Notes under the pieces: model-generated
Databases searched by the model: none
What the model saw: only the letters and a program-made list of their open reading frames with translations
Told to the model about the DNA's origin: nothing
Assembly (NCBI RefSeq): GCF_001194135.2
Contig: NC_068998.1
Location: forward strand, 27,199,532-27,252,071
Length of the DNA stretch: 52,540 nt
Direction of reading: 5' to 3'
Origin: Octopus bimaculoides
Taxonomy: Eukaryota
Part shown: piece by piece, positions 11,184 through 21,894 of the stretch
Layout of the letters: the number at the start of each line of letters is the position of its first letter
Position numbering within the stretch: the stretch's first letter is position 1
Program-made: the position numbers and the translations under genes

Positions 11184-11329
11184 AATAATAATAGATATTA
11201 TCGCTTTGAGTGTTCTTTTTGTAGTTTTTAAATCAATCTGGACAAACAGCCATCTGTTCTCTCCTTCTCAAACACCATCCAGCTGATATATTCAATGTTC
11301 AGCTTCCATGTTGCACCACTTGTTATTTG

Positions 11330-11665
11330 TGTAATACCCAAATCAATCTGCTATCCTCTGATTTTCACCTGTTCAGTCCAATGAAAGACAGTCTTCAAGG
11401 ACAATTATTTGCTGACAACAGATGAGGTGAAAATGGCTTTGAAGAAATGGATAGAGTAGTTCACACCTGAATTTTTTTCAAAGAGAGTTCAAGAATTAGG
11501 TCTCATGATGGTACAAGCACATTGTTTCTGATGGAGGGATTATGATGAGACGTATGTTTGTATAGAGGAAGAATTACTTAATGAAAATGGAAAATTTGAA
11601 TGACTTATGTTAGTTTATACAAAAGTTAGGCCCACTTTTGCAATACTTTCAACAGAACCCTCATA
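11330..11665 (+). mobile_element. Degraded mariner-like transposon 3' fragment
   Basis: tctgattttcacctgttcagtccaatgaaagacagtcttcaagga reads SDFHLFSPMKDSLQG, followed by DEVKMALKKWI; ends in a TIR-like ...actttcaacagaaccctcata. Confidence 0.65.
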
Positions 11666-11692
11666 TGTATATAGATATAAGTTATATGTACA

Positions 11693-12918
11693 CAGAGGTT
11701 GGACAAAATAACGGAAACACCTAGTATCAAAATTTTTAAATATCTATAAAACCATCAAAAGCGTGTTTATTTTTTATGTTTTTTGATTTATTATTAATGT
11801 TGCTTAATATGTTTTGTTAAAATTGCTGTTCCTTATCAGATATCATCAGGAAAAGGTAATTAAAATTCATTAAAATGACAGATCTATCAGACTTTCAAAG
11901 AGGTCGAATTGTTGGTGCTTGTATGGCAGGCGCTAGCATAACGAAAACAGCCAAAATGTTTGGTGAATCAAGAAGTACTGTCTTGGAAATAATGACAGCC
12001 TTTGAGAAAGAGGGAAAAACCTCCTCGTCAAAACGAAACTCTAGAGGAAAACCAAAACTTTCAGATAGGGACCGTCCAACTCTTACACGAATTGTTAGAA
12101 AGGGTCACAAAAGTACAGCTCCCAAAATTACTGTAGAGCTTAATGACCACCTCGAGAACCCAGCTTCCACAAAACCTGTTTGCCAGGTGCTGCACAAAGC
12201 TGGATTTCACAGGAAGGCTGCAATAAGTAAACCACTACTTTCAAAAACAAATGTTGCAAAGCGTTTAAAGTGGAGTAAAAACCTCCAGAATTTGTTCCTA
12301 GAGCAGTGGAAGTATGTTATTTTCTCAGATGAGTCATCCTTTATCTTATTTCCAACCACTGGCCAAGTATATGTGTGGAGACTGCCAAAAGAAGCATTTG
12401 ATTGCCTTCTTCCAACTGTTAAACATGGAGGAGAATCTGTGATGATCTGGGGAGCTATATCTTGGAAATCTGCCATCCCAATGGTTTCCCTTCATGGCAG
12501 AATTAATAGTCAAGGCTATTTAAGCATTTTATCTGATCATAATTCATCCTATGGTTGCAGAACTGTTTCTGGAGGGAAATGCAATCTTTCAGGATGACAA
12601 TGCACCAATTCACACAGTTAAAGTTGTTACTGAATGGCACGAGGAACAGTGTAGTGAAGTTGAACATCTTATCTGGCCACCGCAGCCTCCAGATCTCAAT
12701 ATTATTGAACATTTATGATGCATTTTAGAAAAACAAGTAAGGAGTCAATATCTTCCACCATCATCACTACAAGAACTGGAGACTGTTTTAGCTGAAGAAT
12801 GGAGAAAAATTCCTTTAGAAACAATTCAAACTTTGTACAAGTCCATACCTCATAGAATCCAAGCTGCAATTATTTGTTTGAAATTTTAAGGTGCTTCCAT
12901 TATTTTGTCCAACCCCTG
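11693..12918 (+). mobile_element. Tc1/mariner transposon, ~1.23 kb, 30-bp TIRs, DD36E type (Incomer-like)
   Basis: TIRs 11693-11722 and 12889-12918 match 27/30; TA follows the right end (left flank reads CA). Confidence 0.92.
11875..12889 (+). pseudogene. Tc1-like transposase, disrupted (+1 frameshift near 12541, TGA at 12716-12718, eroded C-terminus)
   Basis: HTH region MTDLSDFQRGRIVG, first D in VIFSDESSF, TVKHGG. After the frameshift: FQDDNAPIHT..WPPQPPDLNIIEHL. D codon 12596-12598 and E codon 12707-12709 are separated by exactly 36 codons. Confidence 0.92.
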
Positions 12919-13012
12919 TATATATATATATATATAACCAATATTACTGACAGAAGTAGTATAAATATCAAAAAGCAATTTTATATTCAACTTAATGTAG
13001 GTATCTTGTTAG

Positions 13013-13160
13013 AACAATAATTACTGCGATATTCGCCTTGAGAGGTTGTCAGGCATAGACTCATGGTGCATAAAAACACAGACGACATATATTGCAGCAG
13101 ATGAGAATCATCCGGAATGGGTGCCAGAACTGCTAGATTACTGCCCTTCTTCAGTAGCAG
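13013..13160 (+). CDS. Candidate internal exon, unidentified (NNNYCDIRLERLSGIDSWCIKTQTTYIAADENHPEWVPELLDYCPSSVA)
   Basis: tcttgttAG acceptor and CAG/GTATCC donor; one open frame of 148 nt in non-repetitive, GC-richer DNA. No homolog recognised. Confidence 0.3.
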
Positions 13161-13424
13161 GTATCCAGTGACCGCAGAATATCAATGTTTTTTTCAGTCA
13201 CTGATATCACAAATAGCCAGCAGGCAAAACTATCAACCCATTTTATTTTTTGTATACATTGCACCTACTTTGGCTTTTAAAAAGCAATATAATAATAAGC
13301 ATTTTTCTATATGAGGCAATGCTTTTATACTATTCTTATATATATATATCTTATTAACAATCACTGTATCTATATATTTACATATGCGTATGTGTGTGTG
13401 CATGTGTGTGTGTGTGTGTGTATG

Positions 13425-13665
13425 TGTGTGTTCTTGTCTTGACATCACATAATGGTTGTAAATGAGTGTTATTTGTTTCCAATCTTCTACAGAAAAAAAA
13501 AATGCCTGGCTATGGAAACAGCTGAGGGTTGGTGACAAGAAGAGCATGTGGCTATGGAAGATTTGCCTCATTGAATTACATCAGACTTATGCAGGCATAC
13601 GATGATGATGATGATGATGATGACGATGATGACGATGATGATGATGACGATGATGATGATGACGA
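13425..13665 (+). mobile_element. SINE family A2 3' module ending in (GAT/GAC)n
   Basis: ttcttgtcttgacatc...ggaaacagctgagggttggtgacaagaagagcat...gcaggcat followed by (gat/gac)n at 13601-13665. Confidence 0.7.
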
Positions 13666-13697
13666 TGGTGTGTGTGTGTGTGTGTACTACATATTTT

Positions 13698-13911
13698 CTT
13701 TTACTCTTTTACTTGTTTCAGTCATTTGACTGTGGTCATGCTGGAGCACCACCTTTAGTTGAGCAAATCAATCCCAGGACGTATTCTGTGTAAACCTAAT
13801 ACTTATTCTATCGGTCTCTTTTGCCGAACGGCTAAGTTACGGAGACGTAAACACACCAGCGTCGGTTGTCAAGCGTTGTTGGGGGGGACAAACACAGACA
13901 CACAAACTTAT

Positions 13912-13954
<43 letters not shown>

Positions 13955-14204
13955 CACATATATACGGTAGGCTTCTTTCAGTTTCTGTCTACCAAATCCA
14001 CTCACAAGGCTTTGGTCGCCCCGAGGCTATAGTANNNNNNNNNNTATATACGGTAGGCTTCTTTCAGTTTCTGTCTACCAAATCCACTCACAAGGCTTTG
14101 GTCGCCCCGAGGCTATAGTAGAAGACACTTGCCCAAGGTGCCATGCAGTGGGACTGAACCCAGAACTATGTGGTTCATAAGCAAGCTACTTACCACAGAG
14201 CCAC
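13698..14204 (-). mobile_element. SINE family A, with a 76-bp duplication across a 10-N gap
   Basis: Consensus-like; 13959-14034 is repeated at 14045-14120. Confidence 0.85.
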
Positions 14205-14590
14205 ATATATATATATATATAAATATATATAAAGAGAGAGAGAGAAAGAGAAGGATTTAAAATGGCATATAATTACACCCAAGCTGAAGAGATACTTGAA
14301 AACAAAAATGGGTTTCTGAGAGTAAATGGATTATAAAATATCTTGCTGTCTGATGATATATCTACAGTGGAAATAACAAAGAGTGTTGTGAGAGAATTTT
14401 ATTACTGGTATTAAACATCAAGATCACAAAAACACTTAATTTGTTTGCAAAATAGTTAAAATACTTTACAATGTGAACTTGAATTACCAAAATTAAGAGT
14501 AAAATTAATTTATAGAAATGAACTGCTTTAGTAACTGCTGGATAAAAAAAAAACCTAGCAATCATTATGAAAATATTTTTTCTGGACATA

Positions 14591-14836
14591 GGCGCAGGAG
14601 TGGGTGTGTGGTAAGTAGCTTGCTTACCAACCACATGGTTCCGGGTTCATTCCCACTGCGTGGCACCTTGCGTAAGTGTCTTCTACTATAACCTCAGACT
14701 GACCAAAGCCTTGTGAGTGGATTTGGTAGACNNNNNNNNNNNNNNNNNNNNNNNNNNNNNNNNNNNNNNNNNNNNNNNNNNNNNNNNNNNNNGCCGCAGT
14801 CAAATGACTGAAACAAGTAAAAGAGTAAAAGAGTAA
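14591..14836 (+). mobile_element. SINE family A (interior in gap)
   Basis: Head ggcgcaggagtgggtgtgtggtaagtagc; tail gactgaaacaagtaaaagagtaaaagag. Confidence 0.85.
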
Positions 14837-15215
14837 AGCATTTAGCAAAGAGCTCAATAAAATTGAAAATAAATCAGATTGAGAGTAATGAGAGAATATT
14901 TGAAAGTAAAATAAAATCAAGTTATGTGTGTGTGTATGTGTGCAAGCACACAGTTTCTTTCTCTCAAATTCCATCCATATTGGTCAACCATGAGGCTACA
15001 GAAGAACTTGCCCATAGTGCTATGTAATGGGATCAAACCCAGAACAACATCATTGCAAAACAAACTTCTTAACCACACATCCATGCTTGCATCCATCACA
15101 ACCATAATTTCACTCTTTTCCACCACTTACATGGCTGTACTAGGGGCTGTTTTTCAAGGAAGGTGTGAAACTGCATTAGCCTCGGACTATTTTAACCAAT
15201 GTGTCCTTTCTTTAT

Positions 15216-15435
15216 TTAACTTTTTATCTTCAGATTATTGTCAAATGTAATGCTTATTTATTCACATTGTTTTTAATTAATCATGCATCATTTCATAGCT
15301 TTGAGATTTCGATGATTGTATATTTTTAGAAAGACATTTTAGGGTAGGTTTGAGAAACCAGATCTGGCCAGTTTGAACATAAAACAAGTAGAATATTTTG
15401 GACAGATATAGCCAGTTTAAATGCTTAAAGGTTAA
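15216..15435. mobile_element. piggyBac-like MITE (second family), TTAA at both ends
   Basis: TTAA-cttttta...gcttaaagg-TTAA; homologous copy at 29699-29919. Confidence 0.65.
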
Positions 15436-15863
15436 AAGAGTAAGTTTGAGGGAAGTTTTTGGCTGCTATTACTAGCAGGCGGAGCAATTTACTAAGAAGC
15501 TCTTTACAAAGATGAACAGTGTAAAAAAAAAATAGGTAAATGACAAATCAGTTCTTTCCAGGATGGGTGGGGAGAGGGGCACAAAAGAAACATTCCCTGA
15601 GGCTGAAAGAATTACTGGGTAAACACTGAAGATTTCCCTCTTTCTAGAGGGCAGTGGTTCACAACCATTTTTTTCCTAAGGACCTCTTTGATTTCTTTTT
15701 TACTTAAGACCCTCATAGTCATTCATAGCTATTCAATGTTTAAAAAAATCCTATTATATTTTTGTAATTAAATANNNNNNNNNNAGAGGGGCACAAAAGA
15801 AACATTCCCTGAGGCTGAAAGAATTACTGGGTAAACACTGAAGATTTCCCTCTTTCTAGAGGG

Positions 15864-16137
15864 CAGTGGTTCACAACCATTTTTTTCCTAAGGACCTCTT
15901 TGATTTCTTTTTTACTTAAGACCCTCATAGTCATTCATAGCTATTCAATGTTTAAAAAAATCCTATTATATTTTTGTAATTAAATATTATTAGGAAATGT
16001 ATAAAAAAAATTGTTAAAATAATTTGTGTATTGTAGAAGTATAACTAATTTATTGCATCTAATTTTCACAACAAAATCTCATATGGACATTCCCCCACCC
16101 CACCAAAGGTCACGTGGTCTCCAGTTGAGAATCACTG
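15864..16137. mobile_element. hAT-like MITE
   Basis: TIRs CAGTGGTTCACAAC / GTTGAGAATCACTG; same family as 31694-31988 in opposite orientation; no clear TSD. Confidence 0.7.
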
Positions 16138-17325
16138 CTGCAGTGTTTCACAAATAAAACAGGCCTGTTATAGCCTATTGTTATCAAGGCCAGTATATCC
16201 TGCTTTAAATCACAGATGCTGTTGCTGTCTGGTTCCTATTATGCTCTGATCAAAGGGATTTTAGTTATGACCATCCCATTTTTTTCTCAGACATAATGTA
16301 TATACATCACCCAATGCCATTTCCTTTTCTTTTCTTTTTTTTTTTCTACTGTTTGGAGTGATTTGATATGTGACAGCTATTCAAGCAAGATGAGTCACCA
16401 TATAGAAGCTTCCTTGTTGGCTTGTCACAATATAAGGAACAATTAAGTAAAAATGGCTCATATGGAATAAAGTCTGCATCACTGACTCAACTCAACTTTA
16501 CAAAAAATCCTTACCAATAAACTCAGTATATTACTAATATTTATTTTAGTGATCCTGTAACAATAAAAAGCAAAATGGGTTAGTGTGGTTTTAATTCAGA
16601 TCAGCAAAAGGTTGAACTAGGTATGATAACATATCTACACTGGCTCTATTTTCTGCAATCTCATTGTAATAATGACAGCAATAACAGTCTTTTCATTTAT
16701 TTCTACAAGGGTATCAAACAAGGAAGGCACTACAGGGACAGATTACAAAACATGTGATGTTTACAAAGAAATTTGTTGATTAAAAAAATAATAATAGTAT
16801 TCATTGTACACAAATACACTGACTCCAAGAGTTGGTACATAGAAAAGAGATGAGAGAAGTCATCTCTGATAGTTGAAGCATGTGATTCAAAATAATTCTG
16901 ATAGCCGTTTAGTCTGACCACCAAGCAGATGCCAGTGTACCTCAAAGAAATGGGTCTCTGAAAACAGGACCAAAACCGATTGTAGTGAGAATCAAAACTG
17001 ACTGCAACAATGGTTGACCTATTCAAAACCTTTTGATTAATTCCAGCTGATCAAAACTCTACAAAAACAAAGTTTGTATCACACCCTCTTAATCAACATG
17101 CAGCAGGATTTTGAGCCCAAGCTCATCATTGAGGTCCTTTTGAACTACCAATCTTCAGGTCACAAAACTGAACATTCTCCCATTTGTCCACTTTTCTACT
17201 ACCACCAATAAACATGTGCCAGGACATCTAAGTTCTAACACAAGCACAAGACCACACATTTGCAGAGAGAAGTGAGGAAACAAACTAAGACCAGTAATGG
17301 ATATCAATTTAAGACAGCTATAAGT

Positions 17326-17541
17326 AGAGGCATGGCTATGTCGTAAGAAGCTTGCTTCCAAACCACACAGCTCCAGGTTCAGTCCCACAGGCCAATCAAA
17401 GCTTCTTTCAGTTTTTGTCTACCACTAGTCTTTGGTCAGCCTGAGGCTATAGTAGAAGACACTTGCCCAAGGTGTCACACAGTGGGATTCAACCCAGAAC
17501 CATGTGGTTGGGAAACAAGCTTCTTATCACACAGCCACACC
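17326..17541. mobile_element. Two SINE family A head fragments in opposite orientation
   Basis: + head at ~17326-17392 (ggcatggct..ggttcagtcccac) and - head/CORE at ~17399-17541 (gtgggattcaacccagaaccatgtgg..cacagccacacc). Confidence 0.7.
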
Positions 17542-18289
17542 TTGTGTCATTGTACTTATTTCATTGACCAAAGAAAGATAGAAGTAAATTCAATTCCACA
17601 GAGATTTGAATTCTTCAGTTCTCAATGTACTCAAATATGCCAAGATTCAGCCATCCACTGCCACTTGTCAGGATGATATTGATTTCTTTAACTAAGACAC
17701 AAAGGTTGGGGGTAGGATGCAGCCAGTTAAACTGACCTAATTATAAGAGTGTTGCAGTTCAATTGAAACATTGTAGTACAAAAGTAGAAAAAGAAAAGAG
17801 AAATAAAGAAAGCTTCCAATAATGCAGAAAGTTGGTGGAGCAAAAAAATAAATGTGCCTGAAATATAAAAGTTTTTTACCTAATGATAATTAATTAAAAT
17901 CCTTAACTTAAAGTGGCCATAGGTACACAGAAAGTGATGTAACTGCCTCCAACTTCTCCTTGCATCATCATCCAACCTCATCTGCTCCATCTTCCTGTGC
18001 ATTCCTTAATGTTACTCAACCTTCAGAGTTTTCTTTCATTCTATTTTCACTTAGACAGTGTGTGGTGGGGGGGGGGTAACTGTCCTTGAATGTTAACTAT
18101 GTTACTAGTACTTCTTTTATCAACTCCAGAGAAATAAAAGTCAAAGTAAAATCCTGTATGATTTCAACTCAAAACAGACAAAATTAAATAGTTATTCATT
18201 TAAGTAGATGCTCTTCCTAAGATCCACACCAGTGGAATTTGAATGCAGTTCATAAACAGATGTAACTAAATATCAAATCACAAAATGTT

Positions 18290-18457
18290 TTGTTTTCTGT
18301 TGCTCCATCGGATTGATCCCAAAATCTAATCAGTTCATGCCAGTCACGAGGTCAAGTATCCCTGAAAGTTTCATCAGTGGTTCTTGAGATATCTTGTCCA
18401 CAAACAAACAAACATAACTGGAAACAAAACCTCCGCCTTTAGTAAGGCGGAGGTAAT
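18290..18457 (+). mobile_element. HINE/DINE-1-like (Helentron-associated) non-autonomous element, 3' part
   Basis: Short (CAAA)n followed by a perfect 11-bp stem ACCTCCGCCTT-tagt-AAGGCGGAGGT at 18429-18454. The class is inferred from this architecture. Confidence 0.55.
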
Positions 18458-18471
18458 AAAGGTTTCAGATT

Positions 18472-18665
18472 TTGCCACAAGGGCAGCATTTTGGGGGAGG
18501 GGATCAGTCAATTTCATCGACCCCAGTGTTCAACTGGTATTTATTTTATCAACTCTGAAAGGATGAAAGGCAAAGTCGACCAGAGCAGGATTTGAACTCA
18601 GAACATATAGAGCCAGAAGAAAATACTGCTGCAAGACTCTACTGATTTTGCAAATCCAATGCCCT
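18472..18665 (-). mobile_element. SINE family B, diverged
   Basis: gaaaggatgaaaggcaaagtcgacc..gatttgaactcagaac. Confidence 0.75.
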
Positions 18666-18675
18666 TAATTTCTAG

Positions 18676-18860
18676 CACAGGTGAGCTGGCAGAGTCATTA
18701 CCATGCTGGGCAAAATGCTTAGTGGCATTTTGTTCATCTTTACATTGACTTCAAATTCCAGTGAGGTCAACTTTACCTTTCATCTTTTCAGGGTCAACAA
18801 ATCAAGTACCAATTGAACACTGGGGTCAATATAATTGACTTACCATCCCCACCAAAATTT
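18676..18860 (+). mobile_element. SINE family B, head-to-head with the preceding copy
   Basis: aggtgagctggcagagtc..gcaaaatgcttagtggc..cttcaaattcc..cctttcatcttttcagggtc. Confidence 0.8.
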
Positions 18861-19082
18861 TAAATCAATTTCAAACATAGGCACAAGGAGAAGAGGGGAA
18901 CAGTTGATTATATTGACCCCAATACTTCAATGATAATTTTATTATGACAGAGTTTATCTCAGAGCAATTTGATCTCTGAACGTATATGGGGAAGGCAGTT
19001 TGTCAAATACTCTTAAGATTCTGCCAAACCAAGGGAATAGAAATTCCATGTTTTAAATAATTTTTTTTTAATCTTCTTTTAT

Positions 19083-19660
19083 CCTCTTTTACTTATTTCA
19101 GTCACTGGGCTACAGCCATGCTGGGGTACAGCTTTGAAGGGTTCTAGTCAAACAAATTGAACCAAATATTAATTCATGGTACTCATTTTATCTCTTTTGC
19201 CAAACTGCTAAGCTATAAAATGTAAACACTAGTTGACAAGCAGTAAGGAGGGGACAAACGCAGACAACACAACTCCCTCCCTATCCACACACACACATGC
19301 ATGCATACATATATATGTGTATGTATATATATATATAAGTATATATATGCATGTGCTGGTGCCACATCAAAAGCACCCAGCACACACTGTAAAGTGGTTG
19401 GCATTAGGAAGGGCATCCAATTATAGAAACCAAACCAAATCAGACTGGAACTTGGTGCAGCTCTCTAGCTGGAAAGCGGGCATTAAAGGATGATGATGAT
19501 GATGTATGTATGTATACAACAGGCTTTCACAATTTCTATCTATTAAATTTACCGACAAGGCCAGTGCTATATGATAGAATATGCTTGCCTCAGGTGCCAC
19601 AGAGTGTGATTGAACTTGAAACCACATGAATACAAAACAAGCTCCTTAACCACACAGCCT
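19083..19660 (-). mobile_element. SINE family A interrupted in its internal microsatellite
   Basis: Tail half ~19083-19290 and head half ~19515-19660 flank a foreign insert. Confidence 0.7.
19353..19504 (+). mobile_element. Severely 5'-truncated RTE 3' end with (GAT)n tail
   Basis: aaaagcacc..gtggttggcattaggaagggcatcc..tggaaagcgggcattaaaggatgatgat matches the RTE 3' UTR at 28600-28783. Confidence 0.75.
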
Positions 19661-19749
19661 TGCCTGGACCTATCTTTTACTTGTTTCAGTCATTAGACTG
19701 CAGCCATGCTGGGGCACTGCTTCGAAAATAATAACAAAAATTATTAATA

Positions 19750-20122
19750 GGCAAAGGCATGGCTGTGTGGTAAGAAGTTTGCTTCCCAACGACATGGTTC
19801 CAGGTTCAGTCCCCCTGTGTAGCTTCTTAGGCAAGTATTTTCTACTATAACCTTGGGCCAACCAAAGCTTTGAGTAGATTTGGTAAATGGAAACTGAAAG
19901 AAGCCTGACGTGTGTGTGTGTTTGTCCCCCCCCCCCACTACCACTTGACAACTGGTGTTGGTGTGTTTACATCCACATAACTTAGCAGTTTAGCAAAAGA
20001 GACTGATAGAATAAGTAGCAGCCTTAAAAAAAAATAAGCACTCGGGTCAGTTCAATTGACTAAAATTTTTCAAGGCAGTACTCCAGTATGGCCGCAGTCT
20101 GATAACAAAAACAAGTAAAAAG
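19750..20122 (+). mobile_element. SINE family A
   Basis: ggcatggctgtgtggtaagaag...ccagtatggccgcagtc..aacaagtaaaa. Confidence 0.85.
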
Positions 20123-21088
20123 AAAAAAATATAACATTTGACCGGTAGTTNNNNNNNNNNNNNNNNNNNNNNNNNNNNNNNNNNNNNNNNNNNNNNNNNN
20201 NNNNNNNNNNNNNNNNNNNNNNNNNNNNNNNNNNNNNNNNNNNNNNNNNNNNNNNNNNNNNNNNNNNNNNNNNNNNNNNNNNNNNNNNNNNNNNNNNNNN
20301 NNNNNNNNNNNNNNNNNNNNNNNNNNNNNNNNNNNNNNNNNNNNNNNNNNNNNNNNNNNNNNNNNNNNNNNNNNNNNNNNNNNNNNNNNNNNNNNNNNNN
20401 NNNNNNNNNNNNNNNNNNNNNNNNNNNNNNNNNNNNNNNNNNNNNNNNNNNNNNNNNNNNNNNNNNNNNNNNNNNNNNNNNNNNNNNNNNNNNNNNNNNN
20501 NNNNNNNNNNNNNNNNNNNNNNNNNNNNNNNNNNNNNNNNNNNNNNNNNNNNNNNNNNNNNNNNNNNNNNNNNNNNNNNNNNNNNNNNNNNNNNNNNNNN
20601 NNNNNNNNNNNNNNNNNNNNNNNNNNNNNNNNNNNNNNNNNNNNNNNNNNNNNNNNNNNNNNNNNNNNNNNNNNNNNNNNNNNNNNNNNNNNNNNNNNNN
20701 NNNNNNNNNNNNNNNNNNNNNNNNNNNNNNNNNNNNNNNNNNNNNNNNNNNNNNNNNNNNNNNNNNNNNNNNNNNNNNNNNNNNNNNNNNNNNNNNNNNN
20801 NNNNNNNNNNNNNNNNNNNNNNNNNNNNNNNNNNNNNNNNNNNNNNNNNNNNNNNNNNNNNNNNNNNNNNNNNNNNNNNNNNNNNNNNNNNNNNNNNNNN
20901 NNNNNNNNNNNNNNNNNNNNNNNNNNNNNNNNNNNNNNNNNNNNNNNNNNNTTATTCATAAAGCTGCATTCCATTCTCAACCAAAACTGATGAACGGGAA
21001 TGTGGAATTCAGTGTTTGCGATGTTTTAGCAGCTTTATCAATAAAGCATATTACTCTACCTCTGGTATTCGAGTACTATTTTTTTCCA

Positions 21089-21462
21089 CCAACCACATGG
21101 TTCCGGGTTCAGTCCCACTGCGTGGCACCTTCTACTATAACCTCGAGCCGACCAAAACCTCGTGAGTGGATTTGGTAGACGGAAACTGAAAGAAGCCCGT
21201 TGTATATATGCATATGTATATATATATGTGTGTGTGTGGTTGTCGCCCCCCCTCCCAACATCGCTTGACAACCGATGCTGGTGTGTTTACGTCCCCGTAA
21301 CTTAGCTGTTTGGCAAAACAGACCGATATAATAAGTACTAGGCTTACAANNNNNNNNNNGTGTGTTTACGTCCCCGTAACTTAGCTGTTTGGCAAAACAG
21401 ACCGATATAATAAGTACTAGGCTTACAAAGAATAAGTCCTGGGGTCGATTTCCTCGACTAAA
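21089..21462 (+). mobile_element. SINE family A, truncated, with a 69-bp duplication across a 10-N gap
   Basis: ccacatggttccgggttcagtcccactgcgtggcacc; 21281-21349 is repeated at 21360-21428. Confidence 0.8.
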
Positions 21463-21490
21463 GAGTATATGTGAGTGTGTGCTTACCCTG

Positions 21491-21569
<79 letters not shown>

Positions 21570-21718
21570 TTTGTGCTTACTCTGGTGTATATATATATAT
21601 ATATATATATTCAAATATGAAACAAAAGCAGCGCTCGACCACTTGACGTATAAGCTCTGCGTATTTGCGGGTGGGCTGCGTGTGTGTTTGTGTGTGTGAG
21701 AGAGTTTGTGCTTACTCT

Positions 21719-21756
<38 letters not shown>

Positions 21757-21894
21757 ATGGGCTTCGTTCAGTTTCCGTCTACCAAATCTATATACAAGGT
21801 TATATCAGAAGACATGCAATGGAACTGAACATGGAACCATGTGGTTGAGAAGTAAACTTACCATACAACAACACCTGCATATACATATATAAAT

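Noticed and set aside
15573-15986. Perfect 202-bp tandem duplication (15573-15774 = 15785-15986)
   Set aside because: Identical copies flank a 10-N gap, which is an unmerged contig overlap. The same artefact occurs at 13959-14120 and 21281-21428.
16700-17320. Unique-looking stretch with short frames such as MSWHMFIGGSRKVDKWENVQFCDLKIGSS (-); similarly 26850-27160, 37420-37550 and 38100-38300
   Set aside because: Several short frames compete on both strands, with no recognisable motif and no consistent splice pair; a 45-nt AG..GT window at 38237-38281 is open in all frames and so uninformative.
20060-21178. 300-350 aa ORFs in the track (also at 27811-28698 and 35654-36666)
   Set aside because: They consist almost entirely of N-gap X residues.
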